Virus record (IMG/VR): IMGVR_UViG_2608642293_000001
Span: 32,001-96,000 of that record
Direction: 5' to 3' (one strand)
DNA length: 64,000 nucleotides
Source of the DNA: a virus
Taxonomy: Duplodnaviria > Caudoviricetes
Shown: positions 59,068 through 64,000 of the stretch, in pieces
How positions within the stretch are numbered: position 1 is the stretch's first letter
Layout of the letters: every line of letters begins with the position of its first letter
Made by a program: the position numbers and the translations under genes
Notes under the pieces: model-generated
Told to the model about the DNA's origin: nothing
Seen by the model: the letters and a program-made list of their open reading frames with translations, nothing else
Databases searched by the model: none

Positions 59068-61119
59068 ATGGATAATGTAACACTAAAAATTTATAAATGG
59101 AATGATGTGAATAAAACAATTAATATACAGGATATATGTAGTTCAATTAAAATGTATTGTTCACACACTAATATAACAACCGAATTGAATTTTACAATAG
59201 CTTATGAGTATAATGACTATTATTTTTATAAGTTTGATATTGGAGATCAAGTTTGTCTATGGTATAAGGGAGGTTTAATTTTCTATGGAAGAATTACAGA
59301 TAGTGAATTCAACTTAAAAAACAACACTTATACATTTACTTGTTATGATTTGGCATGGTGGATTATAAAATCTAATATAACTAGAAATTTAGATAATATC
59401 AGTGTCAAAGATGCTTTATACACTGTCTTTGGGGACATTGATTTAAAAGCATTTGATATTGATAGTGAATTAGGTGATGATGGTAATATTTTAATAGGAA
59501 CCCATCTTATTAAAAACAAAAGTGCTAAAGATGTATTAATGGCAATAATGCAAGAGGTGAGCAAAAAAACGGATGTATATTATTACATGCATATGAATAC
59601 TAATTGCAAAATTATAATAACTGAATGTGATAAATATTATAGTGGTGTTACAATACAAGAAAGTAGCAAAGATGTTATTGATGGTAATCTAATTGACTAC
59701 ACCATTAATAGATCTATGCAAGATATGGTAAATAAAATTAATATTTTTGATAGTGACTATAAGCAAATTAATTACCTTACGTTGTCTGATTTTGACGAAG
59801 ATAGATATGGAACAATACAGGATAATGTAATCCTTGAAGAAGATGAAGAATATAGCGTAGAAGTAGAAACTAAGATAAAAAAGAAGTTAGATCAAAAAGG
59901 AAACCCAAGTGAAGAGGTACAGGTGAAATGTCTAGGAGATATAAACTATAAAGTTGGATATGGTGTAATGTGTAAATTACCCGATAGTACATTCTATGAT
60001 AGATTTATGTATATACTAGCATCTGAATGGGAATGGGTTGCTAGTGGAGATTTTATAAGTACTTTAAGTTTATCTACAAGTAAGCACAAAGACTTAACGG
60101 ACTTTAGTGATATAGAAGAAAAACAAGATGATGGAGATGGAGAAAATAAGGGATCCCTTGCAGATAGAGTCGTTGAGTATGCTAAGACATTTTTAGGTTA
60201 TCCATATTTATATGGAGGAACTGGAAAAATCTTAACGGAAGAGTTAGTTAAGGCTAATCCTAAAATAGCAACATTAGAAGGTGCTAATGATAATTGGAAA
60301 AATTGGATAGGCAAAGAAGCTTACGATTGTAGTGGCTTTACCCAAGCTGTATATAAACACTTTAGTATAGATATAACCAGAACTACTACCAACAATCAAA
60401 TGGGGCAAGGGAAGGCAATTAGTGCATCCGATAGTAGTAAGTGGAAAGAAGGAGACTTAATGTTTCCGCACGCCAATCATGTTCAAATGTATATTGGTAA
60501 TGGAAAAATTATTCATGCTCCTGAAAGCGGTAGAGTAATACAAATAGCTGATGCCAAAACTAGTTATGCATGTGTGCGGAGGGTGCTAAAAGACGAAGAT
60601 TTTATAGCTACCAAAAGTGCTGGTAGCAATCAGGATGCTTCAATTAATACTGCTGTAAATTGTACAAGTCAAAAAGAATTTGCGGCAGCAGTTGCGCCGT
60701 ATGCTAAAACATTATTTAATAAATATCATATTTTTCCTGGAGTAATTATTTCATGTATGATCCAAGAATCCTGGACTGGTAGTGGGTTCACTAAACTTGC
60801 TACAAAATATTATAATTTTGGTGGTGTAAAATGCTCTGCTAGTAGTGAAAATGCGATACAAGATTATAAACCGCCTTCAAGTGAAGGAAGTATGTTATAT
60901 AGAAAATTCGATTCATTAAAAGATTTTATCATATATTGGTGCGAACTCATTTCTGGAAGCAGTTACAATTATAAATCAGCAATAGCAGATAGGAATACGC
61001 CGAAAGAACAAATTTTTGGTTTTGATAATACTCCATATGCTGGAGATAAAACAAAAGGCTCGCAAATGTGGAACATATATAGTTCGGATGGATTCAGTAA
61101 ATATGATGAAGGATTGTGA
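59068..61119 (+). CDS. Baseplate hub (XkdQ-like) fused to NlpC/P60 and glucosaminidase-like domains
   Basis: YDCSGFT...HVQMYIGNG.IIHA; IQES...YNFGGVK...YRKF...YAGD. Confidence 0.85.
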   Translation: MDNVTLKIYKWNDVNKTINIQDICSSIKMYCSHTNITTELNFTIAYEYNDYYFYKFDIGDQVCLWYKGGLIFYGRITDSEFNLKNNTYTFTCYDLAWWIIKSNITRNLDNISVKDALYTVFGDIDLKAFDIDSELGDDGNILIGTHLIKNKSAKDVLMAIMQEVSKKTDVYYYMHMNTNCKIIITECDKYYSGVTIQESSKDVIDGNLIDYTINRSMQDMVNKINIFDSDYKQINYLTLSDFDEDRYGTIQDNVILEEDEEYSVEVETKIKKKLDQKGNPSEEVQVKCLGDINYKVGYGVMCKLPDSTFYDRFMYILASEWEWVASGDFISTLSLSTSKHKDLTDFSDIEEKQDDGDGENKGSLADRVVEYAKTFLGYPYLYGGTGKILTEELVKANPKIATLEGANDNWKNWIGKEAYDCSGFTQAVYKHFSIDITRTTTNNQMGQGKAISASDSSKWKEGDLMFPHANHVQMYIGNGKIIHAPESGRVIQIADAKTSYACVRRVLKDEDFIATKSAGSNQDASINTAVNCTSQKEFAAAVAPYAKTLFNKYHIFPGVIISCMIQESWTGSGFTKLATKYYNFGGVKCSASSENAIQDYKPPSSEGSMLYRKFDSLKDFIIYWCELISGSSYNYKSAIADRNTPKEQIFGFDNTPYAGDKTKGSQMWNIYSSDGFSKYDEGL

Positions 61120-61124
61120 GGTGA

Positions 61125-61481
61125 ATGAATATGCTGGCAGAAGAAAAATTAAAAGCTGCATTAGATTCAAATTCTAGAAATGCTATAGATATAAAAGAAC
61201 ATGAAATAGGAATTATTGAATCTTTAGAACCCTTTCAAATTAATATTGGGGGATTAATTTTGACAGATAAAAATTTAATCATTAATTATGATTTGTTAGA
61301 ACATATAGAATATTTTAAGAGTTTAAGAGGAACTGTTGGAGATAGATCTGAAACTATTTCTAATGGTTCTATTTTATTTGAAAATAAATTAAATAAAGGT
61401 GATAAAGTTATAGTTAGACCTATAAGTGAAAATAAATATTATGTTTCAAACAAATTAAAAGTGGGTGAATCAAATGTCTAA
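61125..61481 (+). CDS. XkdR/DUF2577-like baseplate protein
   Basis: Position; LNKGDKVIV. Confidence 0.7.
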   Translation: MNMLAEEKLKAALDSNSRNAIDIKEHEIGIIESLEPFQINIGGLILTDKNLIINYDLLEHIEYFKSLRGTVGDRSETISNGSILFENKLNKGDKVIVRPISENKYYVSNKLKVGESNV

Positions 61482-61908
61482 TTTTCCAACTTACGCTATT
61501 AATAGAAAAGAAGATATAGAAGATAAAGGAATTCCATTGTTAAAAGAGTATGCTTGGAATTTTGAAAATGATAATTTTCTATTTGATGAAAATGGAAAGT
61601 TTATAATTTTAGATGGCTTAGAAGCTTTGAAAGTTAGAAATTATTTATCTTTAAAAATATATAAAGATAGATGGTTTATTTACAATGGAAAAGTTGGTGG
61701 TAAAATAAACGAACTTATAGGAAAAGGCTATAGTTTTGCTTGTTTGCATGCGCAAGAGTTTATAGAAGAAGCTATTGTGGATAACATATATGTGAATTCA
61801 ATAGAAGATTTAGAGATAACAATGAAAGATAACAAAGCAATTATAAATTTTAACGTTAATAGCATATATGGATCTTATTCAGAATCTATAAAAGGAGTGG
61901 AGGTGTAA
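61474..61908 (+). CDS. XkdS/DUF2634-like baseplate wedge protein
   Basis: KEYAWNF...GLEALK...VNSIYG. Confidence 0.8.
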   Translation: MSNFPTYAINRKEDIEDKGIPLLKEYAWNFENDNFLFDENGKFIILDGLEALKVRNYLSLKIYKDRWFIYNGKVGGKINELIGKGYSFACLHAQEFIEEAIVDNIYVNSIEDLEITMKDNKAIINFNVNSIYGSYSESIKGVEV

Positions 61909-61911
61909 ACT

Positions 61912-62973
61912 TTGGACACATTTTATAAAAGCGCGGAGCAATATTATTCAGAAATGATTAACACATTAAAAGATACCGATACAAGTGAACATAGTATTAT
62001 AAGAAATGCTTTGTCACCATCAAGTTATGTATTTTCTCAAATTTCTTTAATTCTAGACGAAATTCCTAAAATGATATTTGCAAAATCTGCACTTGAAAAT
62101 GATTATATAGACACTTTAGAACAGAGATGCGCTGAAATGGGAATATACAGAAAACAAGCTACAAAAGCCACTGGAATTATAAAAATTCTTGGTAATAAAA
62201 ATGCGGTGTTTCCAGAACAATCTATAGTTACAACTAAATCTGGAAAAACTTATATGACACAAGAAAAAATTATTATAGACGAAAATGGAGTAGGCTATGC
62301 AAATATAGCGGCTAGTGATTATGGTAGTGCCTATAATTGTTCTGAGGGTGACATATATATTATGCCTGTAAAATATAGTGGAATATTTACAATAGCAAAT
62401 GAAGAAAAAATTGATAATGGTTATGATATTGAAACCGCTGAAGCTCTATATAATAGGTATATATTAAAGGTTCAAACTCCGGCTACTAGCGGTAACAAGT
62501 ATCACTATGAACAGTGGGCATTAGAAGTTACAGGTGTAGGATTTGCAAAGTGTATACCAGGAGCAGGTAATGTAAAATTAATAATAGCAAACAGTAATAA
62601 AAGAGCTGCAAATGATGAACTTATAAAAGAAGTTTATAGCCATATAAATGAAGTAAGACCAATATTAGCAGGTACATTGACAGTAGTTACTGTAAAAGAA
62701 ATAACAATAAATATAACCGCAAATGTAGAAATAGATTCCAGTGTTATATTAGGTGATGTACAAAACATATTTGCAAGTGCAGCAAAAGAATATTTAAGTA
62801 ATAAAGTTTATACAACTAAGAAAGTAAGCTTAGCAAAACTGGGAGGAATTTTAGTTGATATCGATGGAGTAATAGATTATGCAGAGCTTAAAATAAACAA
62901 TGGAACATCTAATATAACTTTAGGAGATGAAGAAATTGCAGTTATTGGTTCTGTTTCGCTAGGGGTGATTTAG
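61912..62973 (+). CDS. Baseplate J/gp47 (XkdT-like) protein
   Basis: GIYRKQAT.ATG and TSGNKYHYEQWALEV.GVG. Confidence 0.9.
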   Translation: MDTFYKSAEQYYSEMINTLKDTDTSEHSIIRNALSPSSYVFSQISLILDEIPKMIFAKSALENDYIDTLEQRCAEMGIYRKQATKATGIIKILGNKNAVFPEQSIVTTKSGKTYMTQEKIIIDENGVGYANIAASDYGSAYNCSEGDIYIMPVKYSGIFTIANEEKIDNGYDIETAEALYNRYILKVQTPATSGNKYHYEQWALEVTGVGFAKCIPGAGNVKLIIANSNKRAANDELIKEVYSHINEVRPILAGTLTVVTVKEITINITANVEIDSSVILGDVQNIFASAAKEYLSNKVYTTKKVSLAKLGGILVDIDGVIDYAELKINNGTSNITLGDEEIAVIGSVSLGVI

Positions 62974-62975
62974 AA

Positions 62976-64000
62976 TTGGATATAACAAAATTTAATGAAA
63001 AACTAAATAGGATTAGCGGAAATGTTTATACCATAGAAGAAGAAGTTATTCCAGTAAATGGGGTATATGAAGCTGCGTTAATACATGATAATGTAACTAC
63101 AAGTACAATAAATGTTTATACAGGTTCTAAGCTTACTGGAGATAAAATAAACACTTATTCTTCAAGTACTCCATCATTAACTCCATGGAAAACAATAATT
63201 AAGATATTCAGTAGTGCGCCTAAATTATATATATCTTATGAAACTACAGGTGACCAGATTGAAGCAGAAGATGTTAATAAACTTCAGGATGCAGTTGTTG
63301 AAACCCAAGAAAATCTTAATAATGAAATTAATAGAGCTACTAATGCTGAAAAGGTGCTAAATGATAATTTAAATACAGAAATATCAAGAGCAAAGAGTTC
63401 AGAAAATACTATAATAAATAACTTGAATTCCGAGGTTACTAGAGCAAAAAGCGCTGAAACTACATTAACTAGTAATTTAACTAATGAAGTTAATAGAGCG
63501 ACAGCAGCGGAAAACACTTTGAATAATAACTTTAATTCAGAAGTAAATAGAGCTAAATCGGCTGAAAGTACGTTGACAGCTAATCTTAACGCTGAAGTAA
63601 CAAGAGCTACTAATGCAGAGAGCACCTTAACCAACAATCTTAATTCTGAAATTACTCGTGCTAAAGCCGCAGAAAATACACTTACAAATACAATTAATAC
63701 TAATAAGCCTAATTGGGATGATAAATATACAAAGAATGAAGTTGATAATAAAATAAACCAGGTTGTTAGTAATATGGATTGGAAAGAATCTGTAGCAACT
63801 TATTCTGATATAGCAACAACCTATCCAACACCTGATGATGGATGGACAGTTAATGTTAAAGATACAGATATTACTTATAGGTATAGTGGAAGTGCATGGA
63901 TTCCTATTAGTGCTAACTCTATTCCTTTAGCTTCATCTAGCGTTGATGGTAAGATGTCAAAGCAAGATAAGCTAGACCATGATGATATGAATAGTAAAAA
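62976..64000 (+). CDS. Tail fibre-like protein with 18-aa repeats (partial, runs off the window)
   Basis: TTG start; open to the window end; seven NL..E..RA..AE..L.. repeats at 63312-63689. Confidence 0.75.
   Translation, partial: MDITKFNEKLNRISGNVYTIEEEVIPVNGVYEAALIHDNVTTSTINVYTGSKLTGDKINTYSSSTPSLTPWKTIIKIFSSAPKLYISYETTGDQIEAEDVNKLQDAVVETQENLNNEINRATNAEKVLNDNLNTEISRAKSSENTIINNLNSEVTRAKSAETTLTSNLTNEVNRATAAENTLNNNFNSEVNRAKSAESTLTANLNAEVTRATNAESTLTNNLNSEITRAKAAENTLTNTINTNKPNWDDKYTKNEVDNKINQVVSNMDWKESVATYSDIATTYPTPDDGWTVNVKDTDITYRYSGSAWIPISANSIPLASSSVDGKMSKQDKLDHDDMNSK

Larger units (their letters stand above)
27275..64000 (+). mobile_element. Prophage 2 (contractile tail), left end at the cotJC junction, continuing beyond the window
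   Basis: Integrase, immunity, replication, packaging, head and tail genes in canonical order. Confidence 0.9.

Noticed and set aside
63284-63637. Minus-strand repetitive ORF
   Set aside because: Antisense shadow of the 18-aa repeat fibre gene
54346-64000. PBSX-like tailocin
   Set aside because: Capsid, portal, terminase and replication genes are present, so this is a full prophage

Overview
Low-GC Clostridium-type DNA (C. beijerinckii-group style, inferred from choline-binding-repeat proteins and composition) holding two same-orientation prophages back to back. Prophage 1 (1..~27116, left part outside the window) contributes a siphovirus-type tail, a lysis cassette and a ~12 kb accessory region. 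That region has secreted Ig-like proteins, a duplicated-domain toxin with immunity gene, short-RNA-like units, ParM/ParR, a pilin-like plus VirB4/HerA-like ATPase module and XRE regulators. Prophage 2 (~27275..64000, right part outside) has a large serine integrase, an ImmA/repressor/Cro switch, a PolA/VapE replication module, terminase, portal, a MuF toxin, capsid and a contractile Xkd-like tail. The key observation is missed by the ORF track. The ~158 bp between the prophages is an internal in-frame piece of the spore-coat gene cotJC on the minus strand (GTEEMAHVEIIATMVYQL...YTDATGNP), so one sporulation gene appears split in three by two prophages. At one junction the integrase takes its C-terminus from cotJC DNA. 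At the other the truncated cotJC stop overlaps (ATGA) the start of a phage double-HTH gene, suggesting sporulation-coupled, possibly ordered excision. All family assignments are from motif recognition, not database searches.
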